From positions 778 through 64,777 of the forward strand of contig CAVJNH010000003.1 in assembly GCA_963651005.1 (NCBI GenBank): a stretch of 64,000 nt of DNA. Direction: 5' to 3'. The translations under genes were made by a program, and so were the position numbers. Shown piece by piece: positions 49,687-58,766 of this stretch. Under the pieces are notes generated by a model. It was not told the origin of the DNA, searched no databases, and saw nothing but the letters and a program-made list of their open reading frames with translations. The DNA comes from Oscillibacter sp. MSJ-31. Its GTDB lineage: Bacteria; Bacteroidota; Bacteroidia; Bacteroidales; Bacteroidaceae. Position 1 is the stretch's first letter; each line of letters opens with the position of its first letter.

Positions 49687-50709
49687 TTATTTCGAATTTT
49701 GCTTGTAATACTTGATGAGTTTCGGAACGACCTCCTCTACGGTGCCCACGATGACGTAGTCGGCAATCTTGTTGATGGGGGCATCGGGGTCGCTGTTGAC
49801 GCTGATGATGATGCCGGAATCCTGCATACCGGCGATGTGCTGTATCTGTCCGCTGATGCCGCAGGCGATGTACACCTTGGGGTGGACAGTGACACCGGTC
49901 TGTCCAATCTGGCGGTCGTGGTCAATCCATCCGGCATCGACGGCGGCACGGGAGCCGCCCACCTCGCCGTGGAGCACCTTGGCCAGTTGGAAGAGCTGGT
50001 CGAACCCTTCTTTCGATCCGACACCATAGCCTCCGGCCACCACGATGGGCGCACCCTTGAGGTTGTGTTTGGCCGCCTCGACATGATGGTCGAGTACCTT
50101 CACGACAAATGCTTCTGGCGACACGTAGTCTGACACCTTCGGATAAACCACCTCGTTTCTGGCCTGTCCCTCGTAGACGGCTTTCTGCATCACGCCGCTG
50201 CGGACGGTGGCCATCTGCGGACGGTGTTCCGGGTTGACGATGGTGGCCACGATATTTCCACCGAAGGCGGGACGAATCTGATAGAGCAGGTGGTCGTAGG
50301 TCTTGCCCGACTTCTTGTCTTCAAACGAACCGATTTCCAGTTCGGTGCAGTCGGCTGTCAGTCCGCTGGTCAGCGACGACGACACACGGGGACCGAGGTC
50401 GCGTCCGATGACGGTGGCACCCATCAGGCAAATCTGCGGCTGCTCCTCCTTGAAGAGGTTGACCATGATATCGGTATGGGGAGCCGAGGTGTAGGGGAAA
50501 AGCCCTTCACCGTCGAACACGAACAACTTGTCGACACCGTAGGGCAGAATCTGGTCTTCCACCTTGCCCTTGACGGCAGTGCCGGCTACCACGGCATGAA
50601 GCTCGACACCCAGCTCATTGGCGAGTTTGCGACCCTTGGTCAGCAACTCCTGAGATACTTCCTGTACCTGCGTACCTTCTATCTCAACATATACAAATAC
50701 ATTATTCAT
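49687..50709 (-). CDS. etfA: Electron transfer flavoprotein subunit alpha
   Basis: GLTADC, RPAFGG, QIGQTG, GISGQIQH. Confidence 0.93.
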   Translation of the reverse strand: MNNVFVYVEIEGTQVQEVSQELLTKGRKLANELGVELHAVVAGTAVKGKVEDQILPYGVDKLFVFDGEGLFPYTSAPHTDIMVNLFKEEQPQICLMGATVIGRDLGPRVSSSLTSGLTADCTELEIGSFEDKKSGKTYDHLLYQIRPAFGGNIVATIVNPEHRPQMATVRSGVMQKAVYEGQARNEVVYPKVSDYVSPEAFVVKVLDHHVEAAKHNLKGAPIVVAGGYGVGSKEGFDQLFQLAKVLHGEVGGSRAAVDAGWIDHDRQIGQTGVTVHPKVYIACGISGQIQHIAGMQDSGIIISVNSDPDAPINKIADYVIVGTVEEVVPKLIKYYKQNSK

Positions 50710-50714
50710 CTCGC

Positions 50715-51587
50715 TTATCCGATAATCTTTTCGTCCAACAATTCCTTAATCATTCCCTCGATGTCGGCATCGGAGGCCGTCAGTGTCTTCGACTCCTTGG
50801 CCTGGAACACGATGTTCTTCACGGCCTTCACCTTGGTGGGCGAGCCGGACAGTCCGCACTGCTCCACATCGCCGTTGACATCGGCCACGCCCCACTGGTT
50901 GAGGTTCAGATAGGGGCGTTCCTCATAGAGGTGGTCGTAGGGAGTCCCTTCCTTAGGACGCTCCAACGGACAGGTGGCGCGCTTGTACTTCATCACCAGC
51001 TTGGCATTCTGCGGGCGGCACGGCGCGGCACTGCCGTTGACGGTGATGACGACGGGCAGGGGAGCCTCAACGGTCTCCACGCCTCCGTCGATGATGCGGC
51101 GGATGGTGGCCTTGCCCTGCTCCACTTTCAGTATCTCCTCGGCGTAGGTCACCTGGTTAAGCCCCAACTTCTGAGCCACCTGCGGACCCACCTGGGCAGT
51201 GTCGCCGTCGATGGCCTGACGACCGCCGAGTACGATGTCCACGTCACCGATTTTCCGGATGGCTGTAGCCAGCGCGTAGGAGGTGGCCAGCGTGTCGGCA
51301 CCGGCAAAGAGGCGGTCGGTGAGCACCCAGCCGGTGTCTGCACCGCGATAAAGTCCCTGACGGACAATTTCCCCTGCACGCGGAGGACCCATCGTGAGGA
51401 TTCCTACAGTCGAGCCTGGATGCTGTTCCTTCAAGCGGAGAGCCTGCTCCAGGGCGTTCAAATCTTCAGGATTGAAGATGGCAGGCAAGGCGGCACGGTT
51501 CACGGTGCCTTCTGCGGTCATGGCGTCCTTGCCCACGTTCCGGGTGTCTGGCACTTGTTTGGCCAGAACGACAATCTTTAAAGCCAT
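50715..51587 (-). CDS. etfB: Electron transfer flavoprotein subunit beta
   Basis: KQVPD, GADTLATS, GRQAIDGDTAQVGP. Confidence 0.93.
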   Translation of the reverse strand: MALKIVVLAKQVPDTRNVGKDAMTAEGTVNRAALPAIFNPEDLNALEQALRLKEQHPGSTVGILTMGPPRAGEIVRQGLYRGADTGWVLTDRLFAGADTLATSYALATAIRKIGDVDIVLGGRQAIDGDTAQVGPQVAQKLGLNQVTYAEEILKVEQGKATIRRIIDGGVETVEAPLPVVITVNGSAAPCRPQNAKLVMKYKRATCPLERPKEGTPYDHLYEERPYLNLNQWGVADVNGDVEQCGLSGSPTKVKAVKNIVFQAKESKTLTASDADIEGMIKELLDEKIIG

Positions 51588-51724
51588 ATTATTCTGATTT
51601 GTTGAATATTCGAAATTTGGTGCAAAGGTAGTCTTTTTCGGGCAGGTGGCCAAATAAAATCGGAAATAACCGCACTTTTGTTTTGTACTTCGCACTTTTC
51701 TTCGTAACTTCGCACCTCCAAGAG

Positions 51725-53653
51725 ATGATAGACCGAGCGACCATTGACCGGATCATGGATGCCACCAACATCGTGGATGTGGTGAGCGAGTTCGTTAGCT
51801 TGCGCAAGGCGGGAGTTAACTACAAGGGATTGTGTCCGTTCCACGACGACAAGACCCCATCGTTCATGGTGTCGCCGTCGAAGCAGATTTGCCACTGTTT
51901 TTCCTGCGGCGAGGGCGGCAATGCCGTCAACTTCCTGATGAAGCACGAGCAGATTACCTATCCCGAAGCCCTGCGGTGGCTGGCCAAGAAATACAACATC
52001 GAGATACAGGAGCGCGAGCTTTCCGCCGAGGAGCAGAAAGCGCAGGGCGACCGCGAGTCGATGTTCATCGTCAACGAGTGGGCGTGTCAGTATTTCCACC
52101 AGATTCTGCAAAACGACGTGGACGGACAGGCCATCGGAAAGCAATACTTCCGGAGCCGCGGCATCCGCGACGACATCATCAACAAGTTCCATCTGGGCTT
52201 TGCCCTCACCAAGCGCGACGCCATGCTCAAGGAGGCGTTGCGCAAGGGCTACCGGGAGGAATACCTGCTCAAGACGGGACTCTGCGGTTCGAGTGAGCAC
52301 GGTTCCTACGACCGCTTTGCCGGGCGCGCCATCTTCCCTTGGTTCAACGTCAGCGGCAAGGTGGTGGCCTTTGGCGGGCGCAAGCTCGATGCCGCCACCA
52401 AGGGCGTGCAGCAGAAATACGTCAACTCGCCCGATTCCGAAATCTACCACAAGGAGCGTGAGCTCTACGGCATCTACCAGGCCAAGAAGGCCATCGTCAA
52501 GTGTGACTGTGTGTACATGGTGGAGGGCTACACCGACGTGATTGCCATGCACCAGTGCGGACTGGAGAACGTGGTGGCCAACTCGGGGACGGCCCTTTCC
52601 GTCTATCAAATCCGTATGCTGCACCGCTTCACCCGGAACATCGTGCTGCTCTACGATGGCGACGAGGCCGGCATCCATGCCGCCATGCGAGGCACCGATA
52701 TGCTGTTGCAGGAGGGCATGAACGTGAAGGTGCTGCTCCTGCCCGACGGCGACGACCCGGATTCGTTCTCGCGGAAGCACACGGCAGAGGAGTTCCGGAA
52801 ATACATCGACGACCACCAGACTGACTTCATACAGTTCAAGACCGACCTGCTGCTGAAGGGCGTGCGCGACCCCTTGAAACGCGCCGAGGCCATCAACTCC
52901 ATCGTGCGCTCGGTCAGCGTCATTCCCGACCCCATCGTGCGCTCCACCTATCTGACCGATTGTTCGCGCCGTCTCGGGGTGGAGGAGCGCACTCTGATTG
53001 TGCAGACCAACAAGTACATCGCCGAGGAGCACGGGAAACCGACTGCCGTCCGGCAGGAAGAGCCGACGGCAGAGGAAGAACAGCCGACGACCGTCGCCGA
53101 GGTGTCCTATGCGGCATCCGACAACGCCACGGTGGAGATTGAGCGGCTGTTGACCCAACAGGTGGTGCGCCACGGCGAAGAGGTGATTTTCGACCATCTG
53201 GAAACCGAGGACGGGCAAGTCGTCAGCATGAACGTGGCCCAGTACATCGACTATGAATTCGGCAGCGACGGTCTCACCTTCTCCAATCCACTCTACAACA
53301 CCATACTGCGCGAAGCAGTGGAGCACTCCGCCGAGTCCGACTTCCACGCGGAAGCCTACTTCACCCGCCACCCCGACGTGGACATCAGCCAACAGGCCAC
53401 CCTGTTGGCCGTCGACAACTACCCGTTGGGGCGCGGTTTCGAGATGAAACACACCGAGCGAACCCTGCGCCAACAGGTGCAGCACCTCATGCTTGACTTC
53501 CGCTACATCATCATCGGCGAGCGGTTAAAGGACCTCAACCGGCAGCTGAGGGAGGCGGCAGGAGACATGGAACGGACGCGCCAGCTGATGCAGTCCTATA
53601 TGGAGACCGGAAAGATCCACCAGGAGCTGGGGCGGCAGTTGGGACGCAACTAA
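51725..53653 (+). CDS. dnaG: DNA primase
   Basis: CPFH...CFSC Zn finger, KYVNSP, EGYTDV, YDGDEAG. Confidence 0.96.
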   Translation: MIDRATIDRIMDATNIVDVVSEFVSLRKAGVNYKGLCPFHDDKTPSFMVSPSKQICHCFSCGEGGNAVNFLMKHEQITYPEALRWLAKKYNIEIQERELSAEEQKAQGDRESMFIVNEWACQYFHQILQNDVDGQAIGKQYFRSRGIRDDIINKFHLGFALTKRDAMLKEALRKGYREEYLLKTGLCGSSEHGSYDRFAGRAIFPWFNVSGKVVAFGGRKLDAATKGVQQKYVNSPDSEIYHKERELYGIYQAKKAIVKCDCVYMVEGYTDVIAMHQCGLENVVANSGTALSVYQIRMLHRFTRNIVLLYDGDEAGIHAAMRGTDMLLQEGMNVKVLLLPDGDDPDSFSRKHTAEEFRKYIDDHQTDFIQFKTDLLLKGVRDPLKRAEAINSIVRSVSVIPDPIVRSTYLTDCSRRLGVEERTLIVQTNKYIAEEHGKPTAVRQEEPTAEEEQPTTVAEVSYAASDNATVEIERLLTQQVVRHGEEVIFDHLETEDGQVVSMNVAQYIDYEFGSDGLTFSNPLYNTILREAVEHSAESDFHAEAYFTRHPDVDISQQATLLAVDNYPLGRGFEMKHTERTLRQQVQHLMLDFRYIIIGERLKDLNRQLREAAGDMERTRQLMQSYMETGKIHQELGRQLGRN

Positions 53654-53665
53654 ACACGGGAGGCT

Positions 53666-55120
53666 ATGATGACCGATCTGTTCCACCTCACCCTGACGAT
53701 TCTGGCCATAGCAGGAGTGGCCATTACCGTGGCTCTTCATTTCATGGCCACGCTTCATGTGCTGCTGGACAACCGCCAGCCGGACAAGACCTTGGCCTGG
53801 ATGATGGTCATCATCTTCCTGCCTGTCGTCGGACTGCTCTTCTATTTCTTCTTCGGTGTCAACCACCGGCGTGCCCGAATCATCAGCCAACGGTCGATGG
53901 ACCAGTTGACGAAACACTCCATGTTGGAATTTGTCGGACAGCAGAACCTGCACGTGGCCGAGCGTCACAAACAACTGGTGGACCTTTTCGTCAACCAGTC
54001 GTTCTCCCTACCGTTCAAGGACAACTGTCTGGACATCATCACCGAAGGAAGCACCTTCTTTGAACGGTTGCTGGACGACATCGGCCGTGCCCGCCACCAC
54101 ATCCACATCTGTATGTATATTTTCGCCGACGACCGCCTCGGTCGCCGCATCCTTTCCACCCTCAAGACGAAGGCGGAGGAGGGCGTGGCGGTGCGGGTCA
54201 TCTACGACGATGTGGGATGCTGGCGCGTGAGCAACCGTTTCTTTGACGAGATGCGCGAGGCCGGCATTGCGGTGTGTCCTTTCCTGCCAGTCCGGTTCCC
54301 ATCGTTCACCGGCAAGGTCAACTACCGCAACCACCGGAAAATCGTGGTCGTGGACGGCAAGGTGGGCTACATCGGTGGGATGAACATCGCAGAACGCTAC
54401 GCCCACGGCACGCCCGGAATGCCGTGGCGCGACACCATGCTGCGCATCACCGGCAGTGGGGTCTACGCCCTGCAACGGGCATTCCTGATTGACTGGTACT
54501 TCGTGGACTGCACGCTCATCAGTGACCGCCGCTATTATCCGCCGCTGGATGCCAGTAGTCCGCGGAACAACTGCCTGTTGCAGGTGGTGACCAGTTCGCC
54601 CACCTCCCCCTATCCGGAGATTATGCAGGGTTATGTGCGCATCATCCTGACGGCACAGCGTTACGTGTACATCGAAACACCCTATTTCATGCCCAGCGAA
54701 CCTGTGCTTTTTGCGTTGAAGACGGTGGCCATGACCGGCGTTGACGTGCGGCTGCTGTGCCCCCGACGCACCGACGCACGGTTGGCAGGCTGGGCTTCGA
54801 AGTCGTATCTGCGTGAGGTGGAAGAGGCCGGCGTGAAGGTCTACCTCTACACGGGCGGTTTCCTGCACGCCAAGATGCTGGTGTGCGACGACGCGCTCAC
54901 CTCCTGCGGTTCCACCAATGTGGATTTCCGTTCTTTCGAGAATAATTTTGAAGCCAACGCCTTCATCTACGATGAGGCTACCGCCCTGCGGATGAAACAC
55001 ATCTTCCTGCGCGACCTGGAACAGTCCGTGGCGTGGACTGATGTCCACAAGCGGGCGCACCCATCGTTTGCCGTGCGCCTGTGGGAGAGCCTCACCCGAC
55101 TGTTTTCCCCGTTGCTCTGA
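53666..55120 (+). CDS. cls: Cardiolipin synthase
   Basis: Two HKD motifs (HRKIVVVD, HAKMLVCD); two N-terminal TMs. Confidence 0.93.
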   Translation: MMTDLFHLTLTILAIAGVAITVALHFMATLHVLLDNRQPDKTLAWMMVIIFLPVVGLLFYFFFGVNHRRARIISQRSMDQLTKHSMLEFVGQQNLHVAERHKQLVDLFVNQSFSLPFKDNCLDIITEGSTFFERLLDDIGRARHHIHICMYIFADDRLGRRILSTLKTKAEEGVAVRVIYDDVGCWRVSNRFFDEMREAGIAVCPFLPVRFPSFTGKVNYRNHRKIVVVDGKVGYIGGMNIAERYAHGTPGMPWRDTMLRITGSGVYALQRAFLIDWYFVDCTLISDRRYYPPLDASSPRNNCLLQVVTSSPTSPYPEIMQGYVRIILTAQRYVYIETPYFMPSEPVLFALKTVAMTGVDVRLLCPRRTDARLAGWASKSYLREVEEAGVKVYLYTGGFLHAKMLVCDDALTSCGSTNVDFRSFENNFEANAFIYDEATALRMKHIFLRDLEQSVAWTDVHKRAHPSFAVRLWESLTRLFSPLL

Positions 55121-55643
55121 ACAGCGTGAAGTTGACGCTGCCGTACTGGCGGTGCTCCACGAACTGCGGATGTGCGGAGAAGTCGTAATCCTTGCCGTGC
55201 TCGAAGACGAAGATGCCGTCCTCCTTCAACAGACCTTTCTGCAACACGAGTTCCGGAATCTGCGGCAACTCCTTGAGGGCGTAGGGTGGGTCGGCAAAGA
55301 TGAAGTCATACTGCTGGCGACACGACTTGACGAAGCGGAACACGTCGCCGCGGACAGGAACACACACCTCAGTGCCCAGTTTCTTCAAGCACTCTTGGAT
55401 GAAGCGGTGGTGGTCACGATCCGTTTCCACGCTGACCACCTGTCGGCATCCTCTGGACACGAGTTCGAGGGAGATGCTGCCAGTGCCCGAAAAAAGGTCG
55501 AGAGCCGTCGCACCGTCAAAATCCACATACCCCATCAGCACGTTGAAGATGTTCTCCTTGGCAAAATCCGTGGTAGGGCGCGCCTTGAACGAGCGCGGAA
55601 TGTCGAAATGCCGACCCTTGTATATTCCTGTGATGATTCTCAT
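55092..55643 (-). CDS. rsmD: 16S rRNA m2G966 methyltransferase
   Basis: MRIITG, RPTTD, LDLFSGTG, ADPPY. Confidence 0.92.
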   Translation of the reverse strand: MRIITGIYKGRHFDIPRSFKARPTTDFAKENIFNVLMGYVDFDGATALDLFSGTGSISLELVSRGCRQVVSVETDRDHHRFIQECLKKLGTEVCVPVRGDVFRFVKSCRQQYDFIFADPPYALKELPQIPELVLQKGLLKEDGIFVFEHGKDYDFSAHPQFVEHRQYGSVNFTLFRATGKTVG

Positions 55644-56455
55644 CTTCCCTTAACGAACAATGTCATGAGGTCATAGGGCATTCCCGCAATCTGCGTCACG
55701 GGAGCGCGGTTGAATTCGCCTGCGGGACGGATGACATACGCGCGCTGCACGTATTTCCCGGCCTCCTCCGTCAGCCATTGCTGTTCCGGAATCTCGCCCG
55801 CGAGAAACAGTTCGTCGCTGCCGATCTGCATCCCCAACTGTTTCCAGACATAAAGCAGATAGTAGAGGGCATCGTGGGCATCGTGTCCGTCGAAGGCGTT
55901 GCAGAACTTGAAGCGGTTCTGTCCGTAGCTGAATATCTCCAACCGCCGATCATGGAAGTAGCCGTACAGCTTGGCGTGCCCGCCCAGATAGCTTTTCTGG
56001 TGCAGATGACGCCACACCGGAGTCATGGCGGCCATGTAGCGAGCCTCGGGATAATGGTCGGCGATGACGCTCTTCAGATTCCGGTTGACGGCAAACAGCA
56101 CTACACAATTCAAATCGTCCATGACCGTGAAGTCCACCTCGTCCTGTTCGTGGCCGGTAAAGGCATGATGGAACAGCGTCTCCTTCTCTTCCTCCGCAAA
56201 CCGACCGGCGGGCACGGCGAGCGTCGGCGAAACGACAGACACCAGCACGTGCCGGTAGTCGTCGGACAGCAGTTCCCCATGATTGCGGAAAGCCTCACGC
56301 AGGTTGGCAGACAGCGAAATGCCGCTCCTCAGCGTGTACGGCTGGAAGGTGATTTCTCCGCTGCCGCTGTCCCACGCGGAAAACGACAGGGACTTGCGGC
56401 TCACGCGGATGATGAGTCGCTTGCAGGGAGAGGCCGGGCTGTTGTCGTGCATCAT
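55640..56455 (-). CDS. DUF3822-like protein
   Basis: DALYYLLYVWKQL and PYDL motifs; usual neighbour of rsmD in Bacteroidales. Confidence 0.7.
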   Translation of the reverse strand: MMHDNSPASPCKRLIIRVSRKSLSFSAWDSGSGEITFQPYTLRSGISLSANLREAFRNHGELLSDDYRHVLVSVVSPTLAVPAGRFAEEEKETLFHHAFTGHEQDEVDFTVMDDLNCVVLFAVNRNLKSVIADHYPEARYMAAMTPVWRHLHQKSYLGGHAKLYGYFHDRRLEIFSYGQNRFKFCNAFDGHDAHDALYYLLYVWKQLGMQIGSDELFLAGEIPEQQWLTEEAGKYVQRAYVIRPAGEFNRAPVTQIAGMPYDLMTLFVKGR

Positions 56456-56464
56456 GTCAGTAAA

Positions 56465-56551
56465 TCAGGGTCTGACGATGCTCAGCAGGCACAACACGGC
56501 CAGTATCAAGGCCGCCACCCCCAGTATCACATTCGTCGTTCGGTTGGACAT
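56465..56551 (-). CDS. 28-aa hydrophobic peptide, possibly a truncated gene remnant
   Basis: MSNRTTNVILGVAALILAVLCLLSIVRP*; lies between a promoter and the DUF3822 gene. Confidence 0.55.
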   Translation of the reverse strand: MSNRTTNVILGVAALILAVLCLLSIVRP

Positions 56552-56559
56552 ATTTCGGT

Positions 56560-56690
56560 GCAAAGGTAGTGCAAACCGAGTGAAATACAAAATAAAACCG
56601 CGGTTTTATTTTTATTTCCGAGGTGCAGCCTACCTTCGACGCGCAGCGTCAAAGGTACGAATAAGCGAGTGAAATACAAAAAGAAAAACA
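56560..56690. repeat. Promoter-bearing hairpin repeat B, copy 1, plus a partial second unit
   Basis: Near-identical to 63703-63800; bounded by CAAAGGTA at 56561 and 56650. Confidence 0.9.
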
Positions 56691-56735
56691 AATTATTTGG
56701 CCATTCCCCCACTTATTTGTACCTTTGACCTCCGT

Positions 56736-58190
56736 ATGATAACCGACGAACTGACTTACCGCATCCGGAAAAATTTCGGGCACGTGCCGACGGCGGAACA
56801 GGAGCAGGCCACGGACATGTTTGCCGCCTTTATGACCGACCGCCGCGAGGAGGCCGTCATGGTGCTGCGCGGATCGGCAGGAACGGGCAAGACGACCCTT
56901 GCCGCCGCCATCGTGAAGACTATGGACGAGTTGCAGCAACGAATGGTGCTGCTGGCTCCGACGGGGCGTGCAGCCAAAGTGTTCTCGCTCTATTCCGGCC
57001 ATCCGGCCTACACCATACACCGCCGCATCTACCGGCAGAAGTCGCTGGAGAGCACGTTTTCCCTGGACTACAACAAAGCCCGCGACACGCTGTTCGTCGT
57101 CGACGAGGCTTCGATGATTGCCAATGCCCCGGCCTTTAGCGACACGCCTTTCGCCCAGGGACAGTTGCTGGACGACCTGATCCGCTACGTCTACAACGGC
57201 CACAACTGCCGGCTGATGCTGATCGGCGACCGCGCTCAGTTGCCGCCCGTCGGCGAGGACGAGAGCCCGGCACTGGCCGGCGACGTGTTGCGGAGCTACG
57301 GACTGCACGTCCGCGAATGTGACCTCAACGAGGTGGTGCGGCAGAGCCGGGACTCGGGCATTCTCTACAATGCCACCTGCATCCGCCGGATGTTTGCCGC
57401 GCTGGAGGAAGAGGGGCGACTCCGTTGGCCGAAGGTGCGCTTCCGGCCTTTCGAGGACATCCGTCCGGTGGTGGGCAACGAACTGATAGAGGTGCTGACC
57501 GACAGCTATGCGGAGGTGGGGCTTGACGAGACGCTGGTGATTACCCGTTCCAACAAGCGGGCCAACCTCTACAACCAAGGCATCCGCAGAGCCGTGCTCG
57601 ACCGGGAGGGGGAGCTGTGCACGGGCGACCGGCTGATGATCGTGAAGAACAATTATTTCTGGCCGCTGCCCGTTGCCGGACAGACGGATGCCGACGGCGA
57701 GACCTTCATCGCCAACGGCGACAGGGCGGAGGTGCGCCGGGTACGCAACAGTCGCACGCTCTACGGTTTCCGCTTTGCCGACGTGACTCTGACCTTCCCC
57801 GACTATGACGATGTGGAACTGACGGCCACCGTGCTGCTGGACACGCTGACATCGGAGGCTCCGGCACTGCCGCGCGACCGGCAGGAGCAACTCTTCCAAC
57901 AGATCATGGCTGACTACGACGACATTCCCACCAAACGGGAGCGGCTTAGGAAGCTCAAGCAAGACCCTTATTTCAACGCGCTGCAGGTGAAGTTTGCCTA
58001 CGCTGCCACCTGCCACAAGGCACAGGGCGGCCAGTGGGCTCATGTCTATGTAGACCAGGGCTACATGACGGACGAAATGCTTTCTCCCGACTATATCCAC
58101 TGGCTCTACACCGCTTTCACACGCGCCACGGAACGCCTCTATCTGGTCAACTGGCCAGAGGTGCAGACGGAAGATGCCGACAAACCCTAA
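56736..58190 (+). CDS. RecD-like SF1B helicase/ATPase
   Basis: GSAGTGKT, APTGRAA, VDEASM, GDRAQLPPV, HKAQG, YTAFTRA. Confidence 0.9.
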   Translation: MITDELTYRIRKNFGHVPTAEQEQATDMFAAFMTDRREEAVMVLRGSAGTGKTTLAAAIVKTMDELQQRMVLLAPTGRAAKVFSLYSGHPAYTIHRRIYRQKSLESTFSLDYNKARDTLFVVDEASMIANAPAFSDTPFAQGQLLDDLIRYVYNGHNCRLMLIGDRAQLPPVGEDESPALAGDVLRSYGLHVRECDLNEVVRQSRDSGILYNATCIRRMFAALEEEGRLRWPKVRFRPFEDIRPVVGNELIEVLTDSYAEVGLDETLVITRSNKRANLYNQGIRRAVLDREGELCTGDRLMIVKNNYFWPLPVAGQTDADGETFIANGDRAEVRRVRNSRTLYGFRFADVTLTFPDYDDVELTATVLLDTLTSEAPALPRDRQEQLFQQIMADYDDIPTKRERLRKLKQDPYFNALQVKFAYAATCHKAQGGQWAHVYVDQGYMTDEMLSPDYIHWLYTAFTRATERLYLVNWPEVQTEDADKP

Positions 58191-58202
58191 AAATGCCGAA
58201 CG

Positions 58203-58766
58203 ATGATTTACCTCAACGACCGATTGGACCTGCTTGACGTGGAACGCGCCCTGCCCCTCTTGTCCGAACAGCGCCGCCAGAAAGCACTGGCCTTCCGCCA
58301 CGACCTGGGTCGGCGCACGTGCGTAGCCGCCTACCTGCTGCTGTGCGAGGGGCTGCGCCGCGAGTTCGGCATCGAAGAGCCGCCCGTGTTCTCTTTCGGC
58401 GAGCACGGCAAGCCGTTCATCGTGGGGCATCCGGACGTGTGTTTCAACATGAGCCACTGCAAGGAGGCCGCCATCTGCGTGATTGACTCCCGGCCCGTCG
58501 GGGTCGACATCGAGTCGATGCGCGGCTACCGGGAATCGCTGGTGCGCTACACCATGAACGAGGAGGAGGCGCGGCAGATTGCGTGTGCCCCACAGCCGGA
58601 ACTGGAGTTCGTGCGCCTGTGGACCATGAAGGAGGCCGTCCAGAAGCGTTCGGGCGAGGGTCTCCGCAGCGACATGAAGACCATCCTGCAAAACAAAGGG
58701 AGTCGGCTGGACACTGTGGTCAGCACCGACTCCCGTTATGTGTATTCCGTGGCTTACAGCGATTAG
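58203..58766 (+). CDS. Sfp-type 4'-phosphopantetheinyl transferase
   Basis: GKP, FNMSH, VGVDIE, WTMKEA. Confidence 0.9.
   Translation: MIYLNDRLDLLDVERALPLLSEQRRQKALAFRHDLGRRTCVAAYLLLCEGLRREFGIEEPPVFSFGEHGKPFIVGHPDVCFNMSHCKEAAICVIDSRPVGVDIESMRGYRESLVRYTMNEEEARQIACAPQPELEFVRLWTMKEAVQKRSGEGLRSDMKTILQNKGSRLDTVVSTDSRYVYSVAYSD

Noticed and set aside
55092..55120. Convergent overlap of cls and rsmD (and the 4-nt overlap at 58763-58766)
   Set aside because: Short tail-to-tail overlaps are common and both ORFs look intact.
56527..56712. 61-aa ORF, and the similar short ORFs at 3344-3587 and 37726-38121
   Set aside because: These are translations of intergenic repeats A or B, not credible proteins.
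58203..58766. Sfp-type PPTase as a sign of a hidden NRPS/PKS cluster
   Set aside because: No carrier-protein or synthase genes in the window; it plausibly serves fatty-acid ACP.
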